NCBI RefSeq assembly: GCF_009914755.1
Contig: NC_060947.1
DNA: 64,000 bases
Reading direction: 5' to 3' (one strand)
Origin: the human T2T-CHM13v2.0 reference genome, Homo sapiens
Shown: one piece after another, positions 16,293-37,591 of the stretch
Position numbering within the stretch: the first letter of the stretch is position 1
Layout of the letters: each line of letters begins with the position of its first letter
Notes under the pieces: generated by a model
Databases searched by the model: none
What the model was told of the DNA's origin: nothing
The model's input: the letters and a program-made list of their open reading frames with translations, nothing else
Program-made: the position numbers and the translations under genes

Positions 16293-16435
16293 CGATAGGA
16301 AGCAGTAACTTATAGTTAAGGATATTTATTAAGTACTACTTATGAATACCGTGCTAATTCTAGGTATTATTATTCAGTGTAAGCCTATAGACTCCCCATT
16401 TTATGTATTAATTCTCAGCGTTGTTAAAAAGAAAC

Positions 16436-16742
16436 GGGCAGCTGTGGTGGCCCACGCCTGTAATCCCAGCAGTTTGGGAGGCCGAGGCAGGCAGATTGCT
16501 TGATCTCAGGAGTTAGAGACCAGCCTGGGCAACATAGCAAAACCCCATCTCTACAAAAAAAAAATGAAGAAATTAGCTGGGCATGGTGGCAGGTGCCTGT
16601 GGCCCAAGCTACTCAGGAGGCTGAGGTAGGAAGTTCACTTGAGCCTGGGAAATCAAGACTGCAGTGAACTGTGATTGCGCCACTGCACTCCAGCTTGGAT
16701 GTCAGAGTGACACCCTGTCTCCCTGTCTCAAAAAAAGGAAAA

Positions 16743-16774
<32 letters not shown>

Positions 16775-16775
16775 A
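16436..16775 (+). mobile_element. Alu (AluJ-type) with (GAAA)n tail
   Basis: Both arms; TSD AAAGAAACGGG. Confidence 0.93.
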
Positions 16776-17814
16776 ACGGGTTCTCTCCCTGATTTCATCG
16801 GTAGCAAATAAGTTTAATTGATGGTTTATGTATATATTTTCTTTTATTTATTTTTATGCATATTTTAGAGTTGAATTTCTCAGTGAAGCTGTAAGACTGT
16901 TGGAAGAAAAATGTAAACTTTCAGAATTTAATATACCAGGGATGTGTGTTAAATTCTCTTACCTTTTTTCCAGATGTGAATAATTTGTAGGTAGAAATAT
17001 TTATTTATGTAAACCTTGACCGCAGTGAACAAAACACACATACTACACATACCTACACATGTGCACACACATGTGCAGGCAACACTTTTGTGAGCCACAT
17101 CTGACCCATGGGCTGTCAGTTTGCAACATCTGTTTCAGGGGACATATCTTCCATTCCTTTCTTCTGCCTGTCGTTCCTAACCCATTACCAGGTTGCTAGC
17201 AGGCAGTGACCGAAAACATATTGACTTTGTGTGCTCTTGTTCTGGCCTAGATATGTCTCAAACCTGATACCCTCTCTCAGGCCACCTCTGTCAGCTTCCA
17301 CTAAGAGACTTTCCTGCTGTTTTTCAAACCTGGCATCCAATTCTTTCTCCTTCACAGGGTATTCCCAAATCAGGTGGAAGAGGCTTCCAACCTATCCTAA
17401 GCAGTAGCTGTTTCCATACAACAGTTGTCAAAAAAAGGAAATGAAGGTGGAAGAATGGGCCAGCCCAAGGGTTTTGAATCCTAACTGTGTATTAGAATCA
17501 CCTAGAGATCTTTTAAAAAAGCTGATTCTATAAAAAAATTAAAAGTAAACAGAACAAAATCCTTAAAACAATGCTAGTTCTATAGCTCCAGTCTCAGAAA
17601 TTCTGATTTAAATACCTTTGGTGGGACCCTGGGCATCAGTATTTTTAAATAAAAGCTCCCCAGGTATTCTAATCTCCAGCAGGGTTGAAAACTGGCTTAA
17701 CTGATGAATATGTGTTTATTGGAAAGCCAAATACCCACTTTGGGCTGTGATCAATTGCCTTCTTCTTCGCTAAAATCAGAGACTTTTGTAAGGCAAGAAA
17801 TCAGACTAGGCTAA

Positions 17815-18216
<402 letters not shown>

Positions 18217-18266
18217 TAAATAGACAAAACATGGGCTGACACGTGTGTATATGATGTTGAGGAGGC

Positions 18267-18832
18267 TGTGGCAGGAGCTTCTGAAATGGCTCCCAATGAT
18301 CCCCTCCTCCTGATATTCACACCCTTGTGTAATCCCTTCTCTCCCCTTGTGTGTGGGCTGGACCTAGTGACTTCTTCTAACAAAGAGAATACAGCAAAAG
18401 TGATGGTGTCACTTCCATTATTAGGTTTGCAGAAGACTGTGACTTCTGCCTTGCTACTACTCGTTCTCTCTGGCCGTATTTGCTTGTTTGCGCTGATAAA
18501 ACATGAAATAAGTTGCTATATTGTGAACTGACCAATGGAAAGTTCCACATGGCAAGGAAATGAGGGCAGCTATTGGTCAACAGCCTCTGAAGAACTGAAT
18601 CCTGCCATTGGCCATGTGAGTGAACTTGGAAGCAGATCTTTTCCTAGTTGAGCCTTGAGATGACTGCAGGCCAGACCAACACCTTGATTTTTGTCTTTCA
18701 GAGACTCTGAGCCAAAGGACACACTGCAGCTATGACTGGGTTTCTGATCCACAGAAAAGATGAGATAATAATCAGTGTGTACTGTTTTAAGCCACTAAAT
18801 GTGGGAGTCATTTGGTACAGCAATAGATAACA
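18267..18832 (+). mobile_element. MLT1 (MLT1E/F-like) MaLR solo LTR
   Basis: TGTGGCAG...ATGGCTCCCAATGATCCCCTCCTCCTGATATTCACACCCTTGTGTAATCCC start; TTTTAAGCCACTAAAT...GCAATAGATAACA end. Confidence 0.85.
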
Positions 18833-18874
18833 CACTGTGGGATGATGATGGATTCTGTTTAGAGCAGGAAACTA

Positions 18875-19070
18875 GAGAGTGGTTCCCCAGCTTTAGAATG
18901 CACTGAATTTCCTTGGGTAGCATGAGAAAAATGCAGATTCCTAGGCTTTACCCTCAGGTTTTGATTCAGTAGGTCTGAGATGGGGCTCAGTAGTATGCGT
19001 TTTTATCATGGAACTCAGATGTTGCTGATGCAGGTGTTCATTGTGATCACAATTCAAGAACCATCATTTA
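18875..19070. mobile_element. MER5-like MITE
   Basis: AAAATGCAGATTCCTAGGC...TGATTCAGTAGGTCTGAGATGGGGC. Confidence 0.7.
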
Positions 19071-19237
19071 GGAGGTGCAGAGGCAGAGAACATGTTGGAG
19101 GACCAGTGATTATTAAGGCATGTAGACCCAGTGAGGAGTGTTTATAGAAGGATTTTGGATTAATTAGGTAACATGTTGAAAGTAGTACTGAACTTTTAAT
19201 TGGAAGAAGCTATGACAATCGAAAGATTAGCGTGGTG

Positions 19238-19845
<608 letters not shown>

Positions 19846-20971
19846 AGCATGAGACATTTTAAAGGAAATTTCGAGAAGGACTTGATGAGTGACTTTATAG
19901 GCAGGAACTGAATAAGAGACATAGATATTACAAGCCCCAGTAATTAGAAGCCAGTAGTGCCATTGGCAGAGCTGAAAAATTGGTGGGGATGGGGTGGGAG
20001 GAGTTGGTTTGAGGGCTATAGCTCTCCTAGAAGAATTTAGTGCTCAGTTAATTTCAGTAAATCAGGTCTGGACGGGGAAGCTGAGGTGATTGCAAAGAGT
20101 GCACATGCAGGCAAAATTCTAACGCAGATCAGTGGTCCTCAAAGTGTGATCCCAAACCAGTCGCATCAGTATCACTTGAGAACTTACTAGATGTCCTAAT
20201 ACTGCTAAGGTTTATAGCCTGACTTGACTTACAGATCTATATGCTTAGAGACCTTGGAATAAACCATCCCAGAGGATGGGAAGCACCCTGCACAGGTAGA
20301 GGTAGTGGTGACTCTGCCCACTGACGGAATAAATATCACCTGCTGGTGATTGGAGACTGGCCTAGATGTAGCCCCACTCTTCCCTGCTTTTGGAGTCTAG
20401 CCCTAAGCTGAGGCAGGATTCTGGGGACCTGGGACTCCTCTATTTGTCAGCCAGGCCACAGAGCTGTTCCAAGCTGGTGCAGCCTGGATGGACAACATTG
20501 AAAAACGACAATGACTCTGGGGGGGAAGCATAATGGTGGGCTTCTTTTGCTGTGAGCACTTTCCTATGCAGATGAGTCTGGAGATCATGTGGGGTGGATT
20601 ATTTTCTTATTTTTGCACTGTACATATTTCCCACTTGTCCCTGTTCTCACAAAACTGGCCTGGAGAATGAGGGAGCTGAGACTGAGAAAGGATTTATATC
20701 AGTATTCCTGTCAGGTATTATAGACAGACAAAATCCGATTTAAATCACACTGTAAGAGAAAGCACAGGCATAAGCTGCTGCTGCAGCTGTCAAACATTAC
20801 ATTGAGTAAGGCCTGAGGAGTTGCACACCACAGGTCACCAACACCGTCCCACTGTGTCAGGCTCAAGGAGACTGCTGCCTCAGGTGCTGTGGCCCTTTCA
20901 TCATAGGAATCCTGATTGAGTGGCCCTCACGCTGCCTCATCTGGGCCAAAATGTGGCCAAGGCAGAGATGA

Positions 20972-21301
<330 letters not shown>

Positions 21302-21329
21302 AATGCACCTCAGTTCTAAAGGGAACTGA

Positions 21330-23780
<2,451 letters not shown>

Positions 23781-25024
23781 TTTCCCCTGTGGAGGTTTGA
23801 GAATCAAGCCCGTAGGTAACTCATACTGTAGCATCAGAGTCTATTATGTGAGAATACACAAGGAAACCAAGGCTCAGAGAGATTCAGTGATTCGCCTAAG
23901 GTTATACAGCTAGTAAATAGCTAAATTGGGATACAATCCAGGTGCATCTAATCCAAAGGGCCCGTGCGCCAGCATTGTTATTATTAATCGGGCCCCTTTT
24001 GTGCTTTGTATATCTGCTGTAGGGATTATCACATTTAGTTGTAATTTTTTTGTCGGCATTTTTCTTTCCCCCACTGAATTACTATTTCAAGGACAAGAAC
24101 AAAGCCTAGAACAAATAGTAGGTGTTCAATAAATGCTTTTCGAGTAAATGAAGGAACACTTCTCTGAGAGCTTATTTGTTCTTTTTTTGCATCTCAGCAG
24201 CAATGGATCACTGCTGGTCACCACCTTCCCTTCAATATAATCATAGAATCATGCAATTTTAGAGCTGCACAGGGGCCTTAGGAAATTAAGATCCATAGAG
24301 GTGAAGTAACATGCCCAAGGTCACTTGGCTAGTTAGTTGCAGTCCAGTGCTCTTCCCTTGCCATCTTCGGTAGGTGTTAATGCTCCCTCTTTCCACATTC
24401 TCTTTTCCGACCTAAATAACTCTGGTGCCAAGCAGCATGTAGACAGCAGAAAGTCGGTAGAAGGACACGTCGTGAATATGATGAGCAGCGAGTGCAGTGC
24501 TTTTAGTGTTAATGAACACTTTCATCCTTGGTTCAAGCCACGTGCCTGCTAGCTTCTTTGGTTCCAGTTTAAAATACCCCTTTTCATGAGCTGCTGTTTT
24601 ATATTCCTCTTAGTGCTTTGGTTATTTTAATGAGTTTTTCTTATCTCCTATTTATAAAACCAGACCTACTTTGCAATGTTTTGTTGTTGTGTTTTCTTTT
24701 GAATAACTTCCATTCCCAAGTCTTCTTCCATTTCCATTGCTCTTTCTCTTTTATACTTTTTGTGTTTGTGTGTATAGAGTTATGTGGTGCATTTTTAAAT
24801 GCAAGCTTGGTTGCTAATACAGTGTTGGAGCAATCAGTTCTTCTATAGGCAAGAATCAGCTAACTGGAACCCTCAACTAACCACAACCGATGGCTGAAGT
24901 TGTGCAAGTAGTACAAGCTCTGAAATCAGAGACAGTTGGATTTCAAAAAAATACGTATAATCACCTTTATTAATGTTGGAAATACATTTAAATAAAAGTT
25001 CTATACCCATTGCTAATAAACCTC

Positions 25025-25412
25025 TGTCTTAGCCACCTTAGGCTGTTATAAGAATATATCGTAGACTGGGTGGCTTAAACAACAGACAGTAATTGTCTCA
25101 CAGTTCTGGAGGCTGAAAGTCTGAAATCAAGGTGCAACATGGTCAGGTTCTGGTGGGGGTCCTTTTCTTGGTTTGCAGATGGCTGACTTCTCACCGTATG
25201 CTCACATGGCCTTTCTTTAGTGTGTGTTCATGAAGAGAGAGCTCTCCTTTCCTCTTCTTATAAGGACATTAATCCATTGTGAGGCCTCCACTCTCATGGA
25301 CTGATCTAAACCTTATTACCTCCCAAAGGCTCTACCTCCAAATACCATCACATTGGAGGGTAGAGTTACAGCATGTGAATTTTGAGGTGACACAGACATT
25401 CAGTCCATAACA
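25025..25412 (-). mobile_element. MLT1A/B-type MaLR solo LTR
   Basis: TGTCTTAG...AGACTGGGTGGCTTAAACAACAGA...CATTCAGTCCATAACA. Confidence 0.88.
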
Positions 25413-25444
25413 ACCTCTTACTATATAGGGGTAGTTCCTTATCT

Positions 25445-25870
25445 TTCTCTTTTTTATTTATTTAGACAGAGCATCTCTCTGTCACTCAGCCTGGAGTGTA
25501 GTGGTGTGATCTCGACTCACTTAGCCTCCGCCTCCTGGGTTCAAACGATTCTCCCACCTCAGCCTCCCAAGTAGCTGGGATTACTGGAGCATGCCACCAT
25601 GCCCAGCTAATTTTTGTATTTTTAGTAGAGATGGGGTTTTGCCATGTTGGCTAGGCTGGTCTCAGGTGATCCAACCGCCTCGGCCTCCCAAAGTGTTGGG
25701 ATTACAAGCATGAGCCACTGCACCCCGCCAATTTTTATTTATTTTTAAAAATAGAGATAGCGGTCTCACTATGTTGACCAGGCTGGTTTCAAACTCCTGG
25801 GCTCAAGTGATCTGCCCGCCTTAAGCTCCCAAAATGCTGGGATTGCAGGTGTGAGCCACTGTGCCCGACC
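25445..25870 (-). mobile_element. Alu (internally deleted) plus an adjacent left monomer (FLAM-like)
   Basis: Alu 25445-25729, then a second left arm 25731-25870. Confidence 0.88.
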
Positions 25871-25898
25871 ACTTCAGTTCTCTTTTTACCTCTAACTA

Positions 25899-26291
<393 letters not shown>

Positions 26292-27239
26292 TCACCTTAA
26301 ATTTTAACTACTTTCATCACCTTGTCGATATGTCTTCTCATTTAATTCCATTTTGATAACTTTTTAAAATAAATGTGGAAATTTATTTTAAAATCTATAA
26401 AAAATATATCTTTTTTTTTGGTAAATTCACCACCTAAGTCTTTAAGCATAGTTTTGATCATAACACTACCCTGAAAGAAATCCTTGAACAGCTCCCTGTT
26501 TCCAGTAAATCAGACAGGCTCACTTCTAGCTCTGGAGCAACAAAGGGAGGCCTACATAGCCCACCTGAACATTTAAAAACTAGAAACTGAATGAAGCACT
26601 ACAGGTATGCCTTTCATGAGGGCCTAGAATGCCAGGTTCAAATTCAGAATTCTCAGACGCCTCAGAGTTCCATCATGGAATATGAAAACCCGGGGGAGAG
26701 CTGTTTCTGACCCACAACCCACCCCCTTCTCTTTCTATCCCCTGCCCATTCTCACATTTGGAGGGTTTTTGTACACACAAGAGTGGAAGTTCAGACCTGT
26801 CCACACCTCCCCTGAGCAGCCATACTCAAATAGTCACGCCTGGGCTACCCTGCGGGTTCAGAGATGCCCACGTCGGCTGTCTATATTCAGGAGGTTAGGT
26901 TGATAATAGGTGCTGGAAAGCCCTAAAAGCGGGTTCCAGACTGCTTGGCCAGGAAGTTCTGGGAGCTTCGATAGTTGGATTTAAATCCTGGCTTTACCAC
27001 TTATTAACCGCATGACCTTAGGCAGATTGCTTAACCTGACTGTACACATTTCCTCATCTTTAGAATGAGAGTATTAATAGTAGATAAAAAGATTAACAGT
27101 AGATAAAAAGATTACATGAAGTAATACTATGTAGGCCTAGGTTTAAAATTCTCATCCTGCCACATACTGGTTATAGAATGATCTCAGTAAAGATCTCAAT
27201 TTCTTGGAGACTTAGGCTTCTTCTTTGTAAAATGGGCAT

Positions 27240-27730
27240 TGTTCTCAGCATTTGCTGCATAACATGCCACCTTAAAACTTAGTGGTTTAAAATAGCAACT
27301 ATTTATTTGCTCATAATTCTGTGAGTGGGTAGTTGGGGTGGACTAGGCTGGAACTGTCTGTTCCATTTATGTCAGCCTCATTTACTCATCAATTTATGTC
27401 AACTGGTAGTCCCTGGCCTCACTCATGTGTCTGGTGGTTGACTGGTGATTGGCAGGGGTCATGGAAGTAACTGGGCCATGTGTCATTTGTAATCCAGTGG
27501 CCTGGCCTGGGCTCATTCACCTGGTGGTAGTTGCAGGGTTACAGAGAGCGTCAGGCCCAATGTGCAAGCACTTTTCAATTCTCTGCTTGCTCATATTTGC
27601 TGTTATCCCATTGGCGAAAGCAAGTCATATGGCCCAGCCCAGAGTAGATGTGGGAAGGGATTACCAAAAGGCATGGATGTCAGGAAGGTAGTTATTGCAG
27701 CCATTTCTTTTTCCAGTTAGTTTATCACAC
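27240..27730 (-). mobile_element. Old MLT1 (H-K group) LTR inside a MIR
   Basis: TTGCTGCATAACA...AAAACTTAGTGGTTTAAAATAGCAACTATTT; CCCATTGGCGAAAGCAAGTCATATGGCC. Confidence 0.75.
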
Positions 27731-28438
27731 ACTTGATAATAACTCTTTTCCAGGATCATTGTGAGAATTGGAGATAGTGCACATTAAGCACTGAGAGAAG
27801 TAACCCATATAGTAGATCCTTGGCGAATGACAGCTAAAGCATATTATATTGTACCTGACATACAGTAAGTGTTAAGAAAAGTTCTCTTCCCTAACCATTC
27901 ATTCCGCCTACTCTCCTTTCCTCATTACTTGACTATTAGAAGAAAACTGTAACTCAAAAAAAAAAAAAAACCAAAAAGCTAAAAAGCCAGAAAATCGCAA
28001 ACAAAAACAAAACTAAAATAAAACAAAAAACAGGAAAACAAGCAAATGAATCCACATTTGTGATTTTTTTTTAAAGTTTATACATTAAACAAACATCCAC
28101 TGCAAAACACCAAGTAAAATAATCCCCAGATGAAAACTAACAGGATGTTGAGAATCAGCATTCTTTATGATTGCAGTTTCTTCATCTTTCCATAGAGTCT
28201 AATGACCCTGAGGTTATACAGGATGCTGGGTCTCCAAAGAAAAATTCCATTATAGTGACCAAGGCAGTGAAGAGGACACAGATATTCAGCAAAGAATTGC
28301 CACACCCAGGAGTTTAACCAATACAGGATTTGTGGTTAACTCTGTTTTCTAAACAATGGAATTCATTGAAATCCTCAATCTTTGAGTTTGAAGGGACTTC
28401 AGAGGCCTTCGACATTTAGACCCTCTATTCCTCTTCAG

Positions 28439-28806
28439 CAGTAGTTCTCAAACTTTTTGATCTCAGGGCCACTTAACACTCTTCAAAAGTATTGGGGAGC
28501 CCAGAGTGCTTTTGTTTCTCTGGCTTATATCTGTCAATAGTTACCATATGAAAAAGTTATCCTGAGAAAAATTAAAAACAAAAGAATATATGAGCATACA
28601 TTCTGTTATCTATCAGAGTAGTGAGTCGTCATACATCATATAGCTTCTGGAAAACTCCACTGTATATTCACCAGAAAATGAGAGTGAAAAAAGCAAATAA
28701 TGTCTTAGTATTGTAAAAAGAAAAAAAGTAGTTCTGACTTTATTAAACACCTGAAAGAGTTTTGGGGACTTCAAGGGGTCTGTGGACCACACTTTGCAAA
28801 TTGCTG
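28439..28806. mobile_element. Charlie1-like hAT element, internally deleted
   Basis: CAGTAGTTCTCAAACTTTTTGATCTCAGG start and GGACCACACTTTGCAAATTGCTG end (TIR-like). Confidence 0.75.
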
Positions 28807-29294
28807 CTGTAGAGTCTCCCTGTCAGAAAGGAGTTGCCCTTCGGAATCATTTGGAGGCAGTGATAAAGTTCTGTCTCGGACTTGTGAGGTTAATTTCCTC
28901 ATCTATAAAATAAGGATGATAATAATAAGATTTACCTCATATAGTTGTGATGATTAAATAAAATAAGGTAATGTGCGTAACCCATATTAAGGGCCCTATA
29001 CAAAATCTACCATTCAGCAGGCTGCCAGTAAACATTGGTCCTCTCATCACTGAAATAAATAACCTAATAGTTCCATGCCTCACAAGGCAGCTTATTTGGG
29101 CTTTGAGTTTTAGAAATTTTCTCCTCCTGCCTCTGCGTAACTTCTGCCCCTTAGCTTTAGTGCTTATTCTTCTGTTCAGAAGAAGGTAACACCCTTTGAG
29201 TTTTAGATAAAACTGCGGGTCTGTTACGTCTTCTTTCTTATAAGTTATGCAATGGTTTCCAAATTATTCTGATCATTTCTTTCTTTGGTTGCAG

Positions 29295-32150
<2,856 letters not shown>

Positions 32151-32944
32151 GAGGGCATGTTAGGCAGGCTTCGGGGTTCATTGAAAATAGGCTATTGTGT
32201 CAGATTGGGGACTAAATGAAGCCTTAAGAGGTTAGGAATTCAGGTAATGATGCAGGCTGGGAGGCTGGGATTTTGTGGAGGTGGCTGGGGTAAACAGGCA
32301 TGTAAGATATGTCTGGATTAGTCCTGTTGGGCTCTTAGGGTGAAGTGGATGAAAAGTGCTAATTAGAGCCTCCTTCTGGGGTTGATCTCTTGGTCACTAT
32401 GATGAAGCTGACAGAGAGGATCAGCTAGGGGAGGGGAACTTGCACCAGGAACACCTAAAACTTCCTGGCCTCCCCTAAAATTTTCTGTGGTCTTCTTCAA
32501 GCCTGGAGTAAGGAACTTATTAGGACATTTCAACAACAATAGGGCTTTAACTTATGCCCTCCAACTCTGCATTAGTCCCTACCAAAGCTACTTCAAATAT
32601 ATACGAGATGTGATCTAAGTGAAAAATGTGTCCTTGCTATGTAAATAATTTCAGGACAAGTCCTCTAGTTGCCCCAACCACCTTTCAACTAGATTGCTTC
32701 ACTGAGGCCCCTCTCTTTTATCATTTATTATGAAAAATTCTAAGCATATGTAAAAATAGATTTTGCATAATGAGCTCCCATATACCCCATCACCTAGATT
32801 TAACAGTTGTTAACATCTTGCCATACTTGCTTCATCTATTTTTTCCTTTTGCTGAAATATCTTCGGGGAAATTGCAGACATTATGACATCTCATTCCTAA
32901 ATACCTCAGTATCCTAATTCCTCTCTATAGAGAAATTCTGAAGC

Positions 32945-33330
32945 TGCCACTGCCTTTCAGAATGTGATGCCCAGGACTGGACAGTAGTGTTCCAGACATG
33001 GACTGACCAGCCAAGTTCACAGAAAGAATGACTAGACCCTATGTTTGTGAAAGCAGATTACAATCTCTAAAATTAGTCATTTTAGAACCCACAGCACACT
33101 ATTGACTCAAGTGCACTTGTGGTCAGCTAAATTTCCCAAGTTCTTTGCACATGAACTGCTGCCGTCAAGTCAGGCTTCCCCCATCTTGTATTTGTGTAAT
33201 TGAATTTTTGTTGGTTTTAGCCTATTGAAAATATTTTGAATTAGAAGTCTGCCCTCCGGTGAATTAGTTAATCTTTTTTCGCTTTGGTTCATCAGCAAAG
33301 TTGATAAGTAAACCTTTTATATATTCATGC
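32945..33330 (-). mobile_element. L3/CR1 LINE fragment
   Basis: GATGCCCAGGACTGGACAG...TTCCAGACATGGACTGACCAG and TTTGGTTCATCAGCAAAGTTGAT (antisense FADE/D-like RT motif). Confidence 0.65.
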
Positions 33331-34430
33331 AAGTATATAGTAGCTACTTTCTAAATTGATACTTATGCTGCCTCAAGATTGTGGAGACTGCAGTATGATC
33401 ATTTCAAGCGTTAAAAGTGGACTGTAGGAGAAATTATTTAAGTTGAATGTTCCTGTTAATGATTGGAATCCATCCTTCTTGACTCTTCAGACCTTGTGAC
33501 CTAACAGGCTGGTATCTGAGTACAGTTTTCTAAGACATTCTAAATCATTCTAGAATGAGTATTTAATACAAGCAATCACCCAACAGTTTCTTAGTACAGC
33601 CTTGGAAATTATTCATAACAGCTAAATGCAGGGGTTGGATTGGTTTTCTGAGAACTCCATGGGTTAGCTTGAGTGGTTCCTCAGTTGACTGTTTTTACAA
33701 TTACACAGGGATCACTTTTTAAAACTAAACTGTGAGAGTGAGAGTGAGCTGAATGGACACCCCCTGGCTCTGCTCATACTTAGAAAATGGGACCGTGCCA
33801 GGAGCGTATCAACTCCTAGACAAGTGATATTTTTGTAAAATTTCAAACTGGATATATAATATGACTCAGCGGGAGGCATAATCATGATAATAATATACAA
33901 GGCTTAAAATAGGAAATCAGTATTATGGAACTCCACATTCCTCAATATTGTTCCTAATTCTTAGGTATTTCAGAATGAGAGCTCTCTGACATTAGCCTTC
34001 ATGGGGAGACACCATAGCACAGAAGTTAAGTCTAGGTCTAAAGCCTGTCTCTACCATTTATTGACTGTGGGACTTGAATTATTTTTTAACCTCTGTGAAG
34101 AGTAATTTCCTCATCTGTCAATGATGAGGATAACACTATCACCACCATCATTTAGCAGTCGCAAGGATTAATTGTATTAATGTAAGCAAGGTGTCAAGCA
34201 TTTAGTAAGTGTTATCTACTATTATTTATTATAGTTCTGTCAGTACTCCCTGGGACCCAATATATTAGATACCCTTTGGTGTCATATTCATGAAGTTTTT
34301 AATCTAGATTTAAATATATCTAGTCTGGGAATGCTCTAGGCTGCCATGTAGCCTTCTGCATTTCCTTATCCTCATTTCCACTGTAGTGCCTCCAAAAGCC
34401 TGGTAAGAACAATTTAAAGAGACATGAACA

Positions 34431-34716
<286 letters not shown>

Positions 34717-34868
34717 GTGCTTACGCACCTCCTTTGAGCAAGCCGAGGTAGTTCTGGCCTGTTGTTTGCTTTTTCTAAGTCTTAACATTAGCTCCCATGG
34801 TGGCTGACAATAACACCAACTTTCCAGGGGAAGAAGAAATTTAGGAAATTCTGTTTTTCTTTGTATAT

Positions 34869-35028
34869 GAATCTATAGATGCCTTGCTTTTAGCATCCCA
34901 CTAATCACATAGGTGACAATAGTGATTTCCCCTGTATGTCTGCTTAAGGAATCTATAGATGCCTTGCTTTTAGCATCCCACTAATCACGTAGGTGACAAT
35001 AGTGATTTCCCCTGTATGTCTGCTTAAG
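34869..35028. repeat. 80-bp tandem duplication (2 copies, 79/80 identical)
   Basis: 34869-34948 and 34949-35028 differ only at A34909/G34989. Confidence 0.97.
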
Positions 35029-35244
35029 TGGTTAGAAAAGTTCTTAAAAACACAGATGAAAACTGACATCAGTAACTTTGATAGGTATTAGCTGGAGAAA
35101 GAATTGACACTTGCCCTTTTCTTGTTGTTGTGATGTTCCTTTCCATTGATTACGTATGAGGAGTAACTATTCTCTTAGCCAACCGGAGTGTATGTCTGGT
35201 ACTTTTCATTACTAAGCTTTCTACTGTTGTTTTCCTGGAAAAGG

Positions 35245-37591
<2,347 letters not shown>

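Noticed and set aside
27079-27116. Short tandem duplication of AGTAGATAAAAAGATTA in a MIR (similar micro-duplications near 39631 and 63430)
   Set aside because: Ordinary slippage events of 7-19 bp
34717-34760. GTGCTT after the tailless Alu as a possible U6 chimera
   Set aside because: Similarity to the U6 5' end stops after 5 nt
34869-35028. Direct repeats as a possible CRISPR-like array
   Set aside because: Only two contiguous 80-bp copies, no spacers, no cas genes, and the DNA is eukaryotic
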